Assembly (NCBI GenBank): GCA_951406725.2
Contig: OX597825.1
Coordinates: 33,356,001 to 33,420,000 of the forward strand
Source of the DNA: Octopus vulgaris
Lineage: Eukaryota
Direction of reading: 5' to 3'
Length of the DNA: 64,000 nucleotides
Under the pieces are notes generated by a model. The model made no database searches and was not told the origin of the DNA. It saw only the letters and a program-made list of their open reading frames with translations. Positions 23,968 to 36,769 of this stretch are shown here, one piece after another. Position 1 is the stretch's first letter. Every line of letters starts with the position of its first letter. A program made the translations under genes and the position numbers.

Positions 23968-24988
23968 ACAAGAGCACTCACAGAGTGCAAACCTCTGCCA
24001 AGGCAACACCAACGTCCTCTCAACGGATTTTTAAAATGAGAATATCTGAAATAAACTCAGTTGCTCTCACAAAAGAGAATACTAAAAAATGAACCCGACC
24101 ACTCTCAAAAATTAAGTGAAAAAAAACAGAAAAATAATCCAGAATCCTTGTCCTGTACCTGATCGATCTCAATGGTAGTCATGGAATGTAAAGGTGGGTA
24201 TGCAGGTCATGTTTGTAATGCTGTGTGTGTGTTGTCTGCAGTGGGAACAGGGACAGTTTTCTCTATGAAGGCTTTTTTTTTTAAAGTCATCCACTGATAT
24301 AGTGTCTTTATGACCATTAAAGTCTATAGTGAAAAATTTATCCATGTGTGAAAGAACATGGAAAGGACCTGCATATGGTGCTGTTAATGCATGTTTAATA
24401 ACATTGTTGTGCACAAAAACGTGAGACCAAGAAGTAAAGCTTCCTTCAAGGCAGAGCTAGAAATGCAATTGTCAAGTAGGTAAGAATAGGTACGAGTGAT
24501 ATATTCAAAATTGGTAAAACTAAAAATTGTCGAGGATAAATAAATTCATTATTGTTACTGAATATGTTAATGTTATTTATTTTCTGGATGGTTTTGTTGC
24601 CGGCTGTTTATGTAGTTTGATTTCTTTATCCATCAGTTTCTGATAAGATAGAGATGCGACTAAACTTAATAATACAGAAATGAAAATAAAACCTCAGAAA
24701 CAGCAACACTGCCATAACTTACGTGGAAACCGTGAGCATGCTTTCAAGGGAGATAATCAGAGAAAGACTTGAAAGTCAACGTTAGATCTTAATACTTCAT
24801 GTAAAGTAAAGTAAATGTAACTAATAATCCAGAACCCTTGTACTGGATCGATTCTAAAATCTAATCAGTTCATGCCAGTCACAAGGCCAAACATCTCTGA
24901 AAGTTTCATTTGAATTCCTCCACTGGTTCTTGAGATATCACAAGCACAACTGAAAACACTACCTCTGCCTTCGCTAAGGTGGAGGCAA
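23968..24988 (+). mobile_element. Helentron-associated (HINE/DINE-1-like) element interrupted by other sequence
   Basis: 5' acaagagcactcacagagtgcaaacctctgccaagg; 3' hairpin cctctgcctt-cgct-aaggtggagg; in (AAT)n context. Confidence 0.65.
24270..24430 (-). mobile_element. Gypsy integrase C-terminal GPY/F fragment
   Basis: LTAPYAGPFHVLSHMDKFFTIDFNGHKDTISVD. Confidence 0.85.
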
Positions 24989-25039
24989 TAATAATAATAA
25001 TATAAAAGAAAAGACAAAGAAAGAGTACCTACAGTGATT

Positions 25040-26292
25040 GAGAAAAATATTGGACTCAAAGCTGAATGCCAGAAACATAATTTTGGCAATAAACCCACAT
25101 GCATTTATAGTGGTTGGTATGGCACTGGAATTCTGAAGTAGACAGATGATGAGCCAAAGGAGTTGGACAGGAAGACAAGAAAGCTAATAACAATGCATGG
25201 AGCCTATCATCTACATGTTGACACTGTACATGAAGAGAGCAAATGGTAGAGGGGACAGAAAAGTGTGGAAGACTGCATACATATCGAATTCAGGAGCTTA
25301 CTGAGATACTTATCTCAAAGTAAGGAAACTATGTTAGTGTCATTTCAGGATGAGGGCATATTGAAAGCAGAAAAAAAGGAAAAAAGAAGACAAGAAAGGA
25401 GATGAAGAAGCATTATACAACTAGGGACTACACAATCAATTCCATGTAGGCACAACTGAAGTTGCTGAAAAACCTGGGTGGAACTGGCTGGAGAAAGGAA
25501 CACTGAGTAAAAAAGAGACAAAGAGCATCATATTGCCAGTGAAAGACCAAATTGGAGGGTCAACCTTAGGAATGAGCAAGTGTCTCCTCTGTGTCACATC
25601 TGTAATAGAATGGATGAAACCATTGCCTATATTGCAAACAGATGACCCAGACTTGCCCAAAACCACTACAAGTTGTGGCAACACAATGAGGTAATAAAAG
25701 TGCTACAATGGAAACTGTGCAAAAAGTGGAGGCTAGAGAGAGGCAAGACTTGGTATGAGTACAAAATGCAGAGAGTGGTGGAGTCAGAGACCAGCAAAAT
25801 CCTTTGGGATTTCTCAGTCCAAACAAATCAGGTGCTAGAGCATAACAGACTGGACCTAGTGGTGGTGGACAAGCTGCACCACATGTGCTATATAGCTGAT
25901 GATGCATGTTGCTTTGACTTACGAATAGTGAAGAAGGAAGGTGAAAAAGTATATATATATATATATATACAGTCCTAAGTATGAAATAGCCTGGCTATGG
26001 AAAATGAAGACAGTGAAAATAGTGCCAATCGTTGTTGGTTCTTTGGGGTCAGTATCGGAGGGCATCAAGAAGAATATCAAGGAAACCAGAATAGAGTGCC
26101 CAGTAGAACTGTTACAAAAGGTTTGCCTCCATGGCATGGCCAAAATAATCAGGAAAGTATTAGATAGTTGAAAAGAACAGATAGAATGGTACTGTAGGCT
26201 GCAGGCAGGAAGCTTGCTATGCATGCAAGACTCCATGAATTACAATAAAACCTGAGATAAAAAACAACAACAACAACAACAATAACAATAAT
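25040..26292 (+). mobile_element. Dong/R4 LINE 3' part (RT C-terminus, zinc knuckle, restriction-like endonuclease)
   Basis: ELDRKTRKLITMHG, KILWDFSVQT..LEHNRLDLVVVD, VPIVVGSLG, LLQKVCLHGMAKIIRKVL*; (CAA)/(TAA) tail. Confidence 0.92.
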
Positions 26293-26698
26293 ATGATTTT
26301 ATGATTCAGTGCAACCATGCGATAGAGAATAGGAAGCCAGACATAGTCTTAATTGAGAAAGAAAGCAAACAATGCTGGATCATAGATATAGCATGCCCAG
26401 CTGACAACAAGGTCTGCAATAAGGAAGAAAGAAAAGTCAGTAGACATGACTGGTTAGTGTGGGAGGTTAAGCAGCTGTGGTCGATGAAAATGGTGGTAGT
26501 AGTACCAATAATTGATGGAGCCCTGGGAACAGTGAGTAAAAGTCTTGAGAAATACATGGAATAAATAGGGGCTGCAATAAGGGTGGAGCACTTGCAGAAA
26601 AATAATACTGCTTGGAACCAGTTGAATACTCTGGATGGTGCTGAAAAATAAGGGGTACTACCTATCTCTAGCGTTAGAAGCTGTGCAAAGACAATAAA

Positions 26699-26761
<63 letters not shown>

Positions 26762-26778
26762 GTAATAATAATAATAAT
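26293..26778 (+). mobile_element. Second Dong/R4 copy, RLE domain only, with (TAA)n tail
   Basis: NRKPDIVLIEK..CWIIDIACPAD..KEERK..VVPIIDGALGTV. Confidence 0.92.
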
Positions 26779-26859
26779 AGAAAGAAGAAGAAGAAGAAGA
26801 AGAAGAAGAAGAAGAAGAAGAAGAAGAAGAAGAAGAAGAATGCCAATAACAACTGAAGC

Positions 26860-27720
26860 CATCAATAGAAACAACTATAGCATTACAAACTAGTGAGAAA
26901 GCCTTGACCTGATAGAAATAGTTGCCAGATCTCCATCATGTCAGTCCTCAAAGTCTTAAAAATGTGAAGGATTTATTGAATATTGCAGTCATAGATATCT
27001 GAATGAATGACATAATGGTCATGGCTGGAGTGTCTTTAATTATAGGTCTGCTCAATCAGAGATGTTCTGAAGGAGAACAAATATAATGACAGTAGCTACC
27101 ATAATTAGCTTGAGCCAACTAAAGAAGCCTTTACTGGCCACTTGACATACTAGAAACAGCTTAATATCCCATAAATCACACACTACTTACTGAAATAGGA
27201 AATACAGGGTGGGCACAGCTGGAAAGCTCTTGGTCATTGGTCTGTCTGATCAGGTCAGACATTTGTTCAAAATAACAGCAACAAGATTCTTTGACTACCG
27301 TGTTTATTTCAATAAATATTGTTTCATCTGTTTCAGAACATAAAAACCTCATTCTATCAATGTTGTATTTAAACAAGAAATGTTTAGGTTATAAAATTGT
27401 AATTAGCATGAATCAATTTTACTGATCTTATTCCGTGACTATCTCATACTTGTAGCCATCTTGTTGATAAAGCAATCTTTGTTTGACATACTTCTATATC
27501 ATCACTCAACGTGCTAGAAACAACAACCAAATCTCCTACAAATCTCATCATTTTTTTACCTTAAAAAAGAGAGATATATCTCTGCAGGATTATTTATTCC
27601 TAGATATATTATGCCATGTACAAGAATGGTATGATCACAACTTAAATGTTTTCTATTATAGCTTTGTTTAGTCAAGACTGATCTAGTGATAATAAACAAC
27701 AGCAACATCAAAGACAACAA
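26860..27720 (-). repeat. Tandem copies of an old interspersed repeat (gtgtgatttgag..atttggctgctatttctagca family)
   Basis: Motif tagaaa(t/c)agc..aaatc..caaatcac recurs at about 26910, 27150 and 27515, and elsewhere (9240, 13210, 18870, 38520, 51560, 60650). Confidence 0.6.
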
Positions 27721-27779
27721 GCTTCATTCATCAGAATTCAGACATCAATGTTCTTATCTAACTTTGACCAAAACAATCT

Positions 27780-28150
27780 GTCCCTAACCATTCCCTCTAT
27801 TTAGTTGTTTTTAAGGATTTATAGGCATCTGGATATGTTTTCTAGGATGTTCAGCAACACAAATTTTGATGCTATTGCAAGAATTTTTGTAAATTCCTTG
27901 CCTTTGATTCTTAGCTGTGAAGAAATTGGAATCTGGATGTGAGTACTGTGGGACCATTATTTTCCTTGTGAAAATTAATCCTTAACCTATTTGAATCAAA
28001 AGCAGCAAGACGTTTTCCATGGGTTAACTGTCTTACAAGTCGTTTACTGCTTTAACAATAACATGATGAATTTCAACCCCCTGGAATGTCCTTCCTACTG
28101 ACATATTTCCTGCAGGCATTAATATTTTTAATGGCTCAGTCAGAACAGGA
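27780..28150 (+). mobile_element. Very decayed CR1/Jockey-like LINE 3' end
   Basis: EYCGTI (cf. MEYCSHIW) and WNVLPTDIFP (cf. WNSLPxxVFP). Confidence 0.45.
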
Positions 28151-29759
28151 ATGAAAATTTCCATAACCTTTTTCCGACTAGCAGCAAGAAGAGAGAAAAT
28201 TAGCCTGGTACCAGACACCTGATTTGAAAACCTGTGACTGAAAGAACTCTGCAAAAGGCACTCAAAGACCAGATCGCAGTGTTAAATCAGGTAACAGGTT
28301 AAATCTACTGACCAAGTACAATGAAGATCCTTCAACAAGATTCTGAATTGCCTTCTTCCTGAATTTCATTCTCAAGTTTCTGTCTACCCAGTTTTATTCA
28401 CAAGGCTTTGGTCAACTTTAGGCTATAGTAGACAATTATTGTTTTAGATGTCATGCTGTATGATTGAACCAGAAACGATGTAGTTGTGAAGCAAGCTTCT
28501 TAGCCACACAGCCATGCCTGTACTTGTGACGTGACAGAACATAAACTACACTGGTTTCACTAGTCTCAGAAGTGTTCCTTTTTTTGATTAAACTATAGAA
28601 AAACGTGAACCTAACAGCATTTGGTACTGATGATAACAACGACGATGACAATGATGACGACAGTGGTAGTGGTGATGAAGTTGATGAAGAGGTGGAGGAA
28701 TATATAAATACAAATGTTCAAAGATATGAATATAGGATTCTGCACAGTACATTATTTCATATAATTAATTTATTAATTAATTTATTTCTTTATTCATTTA
28801 TTTATTTTTACTCAACTTGAATTGTTTATCTTAATTAGGTTCAGTGAAAGAACTCCTGACAACAGGACTGTGAAGAATCATTAAGAGTGCAAACAATTTA
28901 AGTATTTCAGTGAACAGTAAATATAAAAATAATTGGATAGATAAAAAAAAACCCCCAGAAAACAAATGAAAAATAAAATATAAAGGGAGAAAATGATTGA
29001 TTGCAATTTTATTTTGAAGAATATAACACAAATATATAACATGAATAGTTTAACAGAACTGACCTTATCGAGCAATTAGATTAGATAAGCTAGAAAGTCA
29101 TCATTGGAAAGTACAGTTTATAAAGAATTTGTGCTTCAAATGACTGTCTGTTTGTCACTCTATTTTCATTAGTTGTTATGTTCACAATTCAGTCAGTATT
29201 GAAACAGTGATGAATAGAAAAAGAAAAGTTAAACTCTTTTGTGATAAAACTTAACTCTTTAGCATTCAGATTACTCTATCAAATATAATGGTTATTTATT
29301 CATGTTGTTTTGAATTTATCATGCATTAGGAGTGGCACCTTCTGCAAGTGTCTTCTACTATAGCCTCGAGCCGACCAAAGCCTTGTGAGTGGATTTGGTA
29401 GATGGAAACTGAAAGAAGCCCTCTTAAATATGCATATATTTATAAATATTGAACAATTTCAAGTATAGGTGACTGATTCTGAAGTGAATTCGAGAAGAGT
29501 AGCTTATCTTGTACAAAGCTTCCAGTAGAAACATTATATAAAATAAAGCAAACCCTTTCATCAGTTCACATGCACATGAATAACAATTATTTGTCACTGA
29601 TATATTATCCATTGCTAGCAAACTCAAAATTTCTCTCAAGTTCTTTGCTCTTTCCCAGTATGAAATACACACATGCAACCAGTTGTTGCTTTGCTGCTGA
29701 CAAGCATCATTACAATTAAATTGATGGACGTTATTGCCTCAATATCTGGGACCTGCGGG

Positions 29760-29977
29760 GCCAGTTACTCAGTTTCCATAGCATATAAGTAACCAAGATC
29801 ACTCCTCTAGAATGGGATGTCAACTGTTTATTGCAGGATTACTTATTTGCAGCTGAGTGCACTGGAACAATGTGAAATGAAGTGTTTTACTCAAGAACAC
29901 AATGCACTGTCCAGTCTGGGAATTCAAACTATAACTTTTTGATCTTGAGTGCAACATCCTAATCACTAGGCCACACA
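29760..29977 (-). mobile_element. SINE family C, degenerate
   Basis: Reverse complement of the 42897-43154 core (cagctgagtg.actgga..aa.gtgaaatgaagtgtttt). Confidence 0.75.
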
Positions 29978-30353
29978 ACTACACAAATTTAACTGATACC
30001 ACAGCACATTTTCTTTTTGTATTTCTTCAAATAACAGGATATGCTTTGTGCAAACAAATAACAGGATATGCTTTGTGTATGCAAAGATCTTTGCAAATAT
30101 TTTGAGCATTACTTTCAACTTTGTTATGTGTTATATACTTAGATATAAGCTCATAACTAGCATTAAACAAACTATATATAAAGCATAATCATTGGTGTTC
30201 TCATCTACATTTTTATATTTGGTTGAACTCTTCACAACAAAAACATTACATTTGAATTAGCCACATACCGCTTTACATACAATACAAAAAATGCCAACAT
30301 TTTAAATCCTGAAACCAAGATTCATCAAGCAGTCAGAGGAAATTCTTCTGGTT

Positions 30354-30575
30354 CTCTTTTACTCTTTTACTTGTTTCAGTCATTTGACTGTGGCCATGCT
30401 GGAGCACTGCCTTTAGTCGAGCAAATCGACCCCAGGACTTATTCTTTGTAAGCCTAGTACTTATTTTCTCAGTCTCTTTTGCCAAACCACTAAGTTACGG
30501 GGACCTAAACACACCAGCATCGGTTATCAAGCGATGTGGGGGGGGGGGACAAACACAGACACACAAACATATACA

Positions 30576-30624
<49 letters not shown>

Positions 30625-30801
30625 TACATACATATATACGACGGGCTTCTTTCAGTTTCCGTCTACCAAATCCACTCACAAGGCTTTGGCCTGCCTGAGG
30701 CTATAGTAGCAGACACTTGTCCAAGGTGCCACGCAGTAGGACTGAACCCGGAACCATGTGGTTGGTGAGCAAGCTACTTACCACACAGCCACTCCTATAC
30801 C
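30354..30801 (-). mobile_element. SINE family A, full length
   Basis: All family motifs with internal (TA)n. Confidence 0.9.
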
Positions 30802-31215
30802 TATAAAAAATACTTATAAAACTCCATTAACAGCTGGCCTAAACTTTCATATGTCCTGGTTTTATCAAAATTTAAATGGTATATATTTGAGAATGTTGAT
30901 CACTTCTATATTTTTGAGAACACATTGCTTCCCCTAGCTGCCATGCATTGTTATAGTAATGATTTCATTGCATATAGATGTCATCAAAGTGATTTTACTT
31001 CTTTGTGATCACTGAGTTTCAAAGAATAACACTCTGTGTATTTTTTGTTCTGTATTCAATTTAGACAGATGTGCACCATTTTCCTGATCTCTAAGCCTCT
31101 CCATACCTTGTACCCACTTATTTAAATTTATCTGCAGTTTTATCGTAGGTAAGTGGGGAAATATCAATCTTCTATATAAAATTCAGTACATGATTATCAA
31201 ATCAAAAATATAAAT

Positions 31216-31699
31216 TGCTGTGTGTACGCCCCCAGATGATGAAGTAGGCTAGTCTAATACGTAGATATAGAGGGAGAAGTCTAGATGTCAGGAGAGGAGT
31301 TGAGTAGAGGTCATCCGAACATGTGACATAACAGTGGTGATGAGGATTTCGTAGCTCACACAGCCAGTGTGTAATATTGCGGTATAAGGTTTCAACAATG
31401 TTTCGAATAGTACCGAAATGGAAGAGTTACTGAAAGCAGTTGTAAAACACAACAAGAGCAGCAGCAGCAGCAGCAACTACAGAAATGATGGAAATTAACG
31501 CTAAGAGAAAAAGATTTGCCAGTTTCTCACCGAGGAAATAGAATTGATAAATTCGAGTTTAAAAAATTCAAAAGGGGGAGGTGTTGTGTGGACACCCCCA
31601 GACGATGAAGTAGGCTAGCCCAATATGTGGATATAGAGGAAGAAGTCTAGACGTCAGGAGAGGAGTTGAGTAGAGGTCATCCGAATGTGTGACATAACG
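31216..31699 (+). mobile_element. Complete miniature LTR retrotransposon (TRIM-like Gypsy deletion derivative)
   Basis: 118-bp LTRs at 31216-31333 and 31582-31699, PBS tggtgatgagg at 31335, PPT aaaagggggagg, TSD TAAAT on both sides. Confidence 0.93.
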
Positions 31700-32659
31700 T
31701 AAATAAATATATATTTTACTGTATCTATAATGCAACTAAATAAATGACAAAAACAAAGCTGATAGAAAACTATATCCTTTATTCATGCTCATCAATCCAT
31801 TATTTGATGAAAAATTTTCTTCTCATTCAATCTAATCTTCATTTTGTAAACTTGTGACTGTAGAAATGCTTTGATCAAAAGAATTTGGTTACAAATTAGT
31901 TAATTATAGATGTTCAAACTGTTCTTTGCCCTACAGCAAATAAACAAACATTTCAATTAAAAATCAGTTTGTTATAATAATTGCCAATTAGCCTAATTAT
32001 TATGGACACAACAGAGATTTTCTCATTGTTTAGGTTAGTCTGTTCAATCAATGATTTACATGGAAACTGGGATACCTACGGTGCATTCAGATCAGCTTAA
32101 AACATTCTTAGGCAAAATGTTTGTAACAACTACAAACTTCTCTGAGTAAATAGCTTATACAGCTTTTTTAAACAAATAGCTGCATAATCCTGTTGCAATG
32201 GTCTTCCAGTAACATTTAGGTGATTAATTACAAGGTAATACGTATTTGCATGTGCAGAAATGAATTAGATATTGAGCTGTAGAAATAAATACATAAAATA
32301 GCATTAGCAATATTAAATATAATTCATAATGGTTTCAAATTTTGGTGCAAGGCCAACAATTATTTGGGGAAGCACAGATAGTTGATTACACCAACCCCTG
32401 TGCTCAATTGGTACTTTATTTTATTGACCCCTAAAAGGATGAAATGCACATTTGATCTTACCAAAATTTGAGATCAGGACATAAAGAGCCAGAAGAAAAG
32501 CTAAGCATTTTGTCCAATGCTAATGATATGCTAGCTCACCACCTTAGATTAAACATAACACATAGTATAATATATATACCTACATGTGTTGTTTATAATA
32601 AAGAAAAGAAAATCTTATTTGCAATAATTTAGGCCTTGGTTTTCTAAGAAAATAAATAA

Positions 32660-33362
32660 CATGTACTGTTGTGTCTGGAGAGAGTCATTTTCTTCTTGTA
32701 CCTTATAATTTAACACACTCACCGGTAAAATTTCCACTTATATCTTATTTTTATTTTCCTAAAATTTTCGTTGCGTCTTGCAACTTTTTCAATAGTCTTG
32801 ACTCTCCATTATTTACACTGCGTTCCTTTTTCTTTGTTTGTGCGCATGTGTGTGGGTCAGTGTGTGTGTGTCTATGCATGCATGCATGTACATATGTATG
32901 TGTGTATGTATGTATGAATGTGTGTATGTATATATGTGTGTGTATGCATATGTATATATGTATGTATGTATGTATGTGCATCTGAATGTATGTATTCTGC
33001 ATAGTCATGTGCTTGCATATCTGTGTTTGTGTATTTTCTATGCATGTGTGTGTGTGAGCATGTGTTTGTATATGTATGCACCTCTGTCTCCTTGTGTGTG
33101 CATGTGTGTGTGTTTGTTTTGCAACTATGTACCATGTTTGTATGTATGGATGTGCATCTCTATATATGTGGACCTGTGTCTCCATATGTGTCCTTGTGTG
33201 GAGTAAAGTGTGTGTATATATGGTCATGTGTTTCAGTCGCCATTTGCATACATATGCTTGTCTGTTCTTATAACCTATGTACCTATCTGTCTGTATGTTG
33301 ATCTGTTTATTTTCATATCCATATGCTAAAGAAAATGACTCTTCCCAGACACAACAGAATAT
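32660..33362 (-). mobile_element. PLE-type pLTR fragment(s) with U3-A8 hammerhead-like motif; inverted termini around a complex (TG/TA) tract
   Basis: ctgttgtgtctggagagagtcattttctt (32666) vs aagaaaatgactcttcccagacacaacag (33329); minus strand TTGAAAA-a-gttgc-aagac-gcaac-GAAA. Confidence 0.55.
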
Positions 33363-33585
33363 GCTTCAGCACACAAACTCATATAAAGAATCTGGCAAAC
33401 CAAATCCAAAAACGAAATAGCATATAGTTTGCAATCAAAATATTCATATTACAATCTTCTCAAATCTATATTAATGTTAACAGGGTAAAACGAAATCACA
33501 CTTCTGGTTAGTTATATATGTTGTTGGTTGCAGTTTCAGGGTATGAGAATCACAAAAAGATGCCAGAATTGTTGTTTGCTTTGAA

Positions 33586-35059
33586 CCAGGTTGAGTAAAA
33601 ACTTTTATCAGAGTTTCACTGAGGATTTCTAGCAACTGGAATCTCCAATTTATGTCATTAATTTGATACAACTTGTTGTCTAATTATTTATTCTTTATTT
33701 TCATACATAACATATAAACATTAATTGTTTAGTCTTTGATAACGAATGGTGAGAAAATTGCAATTAGGGCCATTCTACACTATTTGTAGAAAAAAAGGAT
33801 GGAGTGCAAGGGTTGTGGCAAAAAAAAAAAATGAATGATGAAGAAATCCCAGGAACCATCAATGACCATGTGGCACAAAACTGGTTCAGACATTTCAAGG
33901 AAGGTGGCACTGGCCTTGAAGACAAACCAAAGTAGGGAGACCTTCTGTGACAGAAGATGAGGCATTGCTTGAAATGGCTGAACAGCAGCCAAGCACTCAT
34001 ACATCGATAGCAGAACTTTGCCATCCACAAAGCACCCCCAATCGACACCTCATTAAGCTCAGCCTTGTGAACAGATGTTGCCAAGAAGCTCCTCATGAAC
34101 TGACCAATGACCAGGCTCAACAACATGTGAACATCTGCAAACAACTGTTTGCAAATTCACAAGATGTCCATTTTTTACATTGTAACTGTAACTGGGGTTG
34201 AAAAAGACCTACTTTTGTAATCCCAATAAAAGAAGTCAGTGGCTTTGTTTCAGCCAGATTTAAGAAATGCTTTTCAAACAAGAGCAATTTGAACAGTAAG
34301 TCATACTGTGTGTTTGGTGGAATTTTGAGGGGCTGTTGTTATGCTATAAACACTAACCTTTATGTTCAACAACTGCAGCAAGTATATGCGTTGGAAACCT
34401 ACTACCCAATATTGGTTGAAGACACACACTCCTACAGCATGGCAGAGCCTCAGCACACCCTGCCAATGTGACTGAGCACAAACTTGAAGAACTTGGGGCT
34501 GGAAATACTGTATTGCAGCGAACTGGCAGAAATGTTAGCACGCCGGGTGAGATGCTTAGTGGTATATTGTCTGTCTTTACGTTCTGAGTTCAAATTCCAA
34601 CAAGGTCAGCTTTGCCTTTCATCCTTTCGGGGTCGATAAATTAAGTACCAGTTATGCACTTGGGCTGATGTAATCGACTTAATCCCTTTGCCTGTCCTTG
34701 TTTCTCCCCTCTATGTTTAGTGGGTAATAAAGAAATTAGGAAATACTGTATTGCCCTGCCTATAGTCCAGATCTTGCGCCAGATCTTGTCCAGATCCTGC
34801 CACCTATTCCAAGCCAGGGCTCATTTCCTGCATGGATGGAGATTCAACAATGTGGATGAAATTGAAAACAGGCATGAGAAACTTTTGCCTCCAGATCAGT
34901 CAAATAGTATAAGCATGAAATTGAGCTTCTTGCACAATGATAGTAACAGACAATAGAATATGATAAAATATATTTCGATGAATAAATGCTTTCCATAGGT
35001 AATGCTGTTTGATCTATTCATCAAAGTTTGGAATATGAAAATATTTTGACTCAACCTAG
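33586..35059 (+). mobile_element. Full-length decayed mariner with SINE insertion
   Basis: TIRs aggttgagt.aaaa / ttttgactcaacctag+TA; AQNWFRHFKEG..LEDKP..GRPS, APHELT, PAYSPDLAP. Confidence 0.9.
34517..34738 (+). mobile_element. SINE family B with 16-bp TSD
   Basis: ggaaatactgtattgc at 34501-34516 and 34739-34754. Confidence 0.92.
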
Positions 35060-35294
35060 TAAAAACCAGCAATATTTGTAGATGCTTGCATCACATTCTT
35101 GTTTTGAACAATTTCATTTCAGCATCTAAAAACAAGCAATTATTGGCAACAGGACGTGTGCATCTGGCTGTAAAATCCTGTTTCGAAATCAATTCCAGTC
35201 TATGCCATACTAGCATAGAAAAACAGGCATGAAACAAATACTGATAATATATGATAATTCTTGCTGCTTCCTGATAACTAATTTACCACAATGG

Positions 35295-36193
35295 GGCAAA
35301 AATAGTTGTTGGGGAGGATGCATGGAGAGTGTAATAGCTAGAATAAGAATAGAATGGAAAAAATTCAGAGAGCGTTTACTTCTGTTGGTAACCAAAGGTT
35401 TTTTTCTCTCTGTGTGAAAGGAAGACTGTATGATGCATGCATACATGGTAGTGAGACGTGGGTCCTGAATGCAGAGGACATGTGAAGGTTAGAGAGGAAT
35501 GAGGCTAGTATGCTCTGCTGGATTTGTAATGTAAGCGTACATGTGTGACAGAGTGCTAGCGTAGTGAGAGAGAAGTTAGGAATTAGATGCAGTATGCATA
35601 AGAGGAATTAGATGCAGTATGCAAGAGAGTAAACTGTGCTGGTTTGGTCGTGTGATGTAGATGGATGCTGACAGCTCCATAAAGAAGTGCTGATCTCTCA
35701 GAGTGGATGGAACATGTGGAAGAAGGGGACCCAGGAAGACATGGGATCAAGTACTAAAAGATGACCTCAGAGTACTGAAACTTTTGGATGAGAAGACAAA
35801 GGACTGAGATACCTGGCACCTTGCTGTACTCAAGAAGACACATCCCCCACAGCAGAAGCATTAAGGTCACATACCCCGGTGAAGAAGATTGGCCTGCAAG
35901 AGTCCTGTGGCTGTACCATGTAAAAGGAACTCATGCCGGTGCCACATTAAAGTGCTCTTGCTGGTGTCACATTAAAGCACTTGTGCCAGTATCATGTTAA
36001 AAGCACTCAGCATACACTGTATAGTGGTTGACATTAGGAAGGGCATTCAGCCATAGAAATCAAGCCAAATCAGACTGGAACCTGGCACAGTTCTCCAGCT
36101 TACCAGCTCTGGTGAAACTGTCTCACCCATACCAGCATGGAAAATGGACATTAAAGGATAATGATAATGATAATGATGATGATGATGATGATG
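35295..36193 (+). mobile_element. RTE LINE 3' part with 3'UTR and (GAT)n tail
   Basis: ARIRIEWKKFRE, HGSETW, RLERNEASML, WFGRVM, PRKTWDQVLKDDLR. Confidence 0.9.
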
Positions 36194-36213
36194 ATTCTAT
36201 CAAATGTAAGTGT

Positions 36214-36293
36214 GTTTTTTACATGTGGTTTTTACATGTGGTTCTTTTACATGTGGTTTTTTACATGTGGTTTTTACATGTGGTTTTTACATG
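36214..36293. repeat. 14-15 bp minisatellite (gtttttacatgtg) x5
   Basis: Direct reading. Confidence 0.9.
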
Positions 36294-36769
36294 ATTTACT
36301 TGATATAAATACAATCATTAGCACTTAACAATAATTGTCATGTAACTCAACTCAAATTATGGTTTTTTTCTTAATTATTTGAAAATGGTCTACTAAGGAA
36401 AATGAAACAAATAATTGAGACAATGTTAATTTGAAGGAACTTTAAATGTAATAAGACACTATTAAATTAAAAACAAAATAAAGATATTATTTGCTCTTCT
36501 TAGTTTTGTGACAAGAGTGCCAAGAAACAATTGCCCCCTTCTGCTTCCATCTCTACTTCAGGCATTCATGAGAAAGACACATGATATGTCTAGGATTCAA
36601 TACATGTGAATCATTCCTAAAATCAACAACTTATCTATGTCAAAAGCCTGCTTTAATAACAGGAACAACTGGATTTAACCTCCTGATTCTTAAAAATCAC
36701 ATGTCTTTAAATTCCAGTTTATTTGTGACTTACATCTAAAATGTCGAGAGACAAACTGTTAGAAATGTC

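Noticed and set aside
27740-28260. TIR-domain-like words on the minus strand (..IVKAVND.., DRLFWSKL)
   Set aside because: They are spread over different frames with many stops; the plus strand fits a decayed CR1/Jockey-like LINE end better.
33535-33590. Apparent exon cag|TTTCAGG...AACCAG|gttgag
   Set aside because: The apparent donor is the left TIR of the mariner at 33586.
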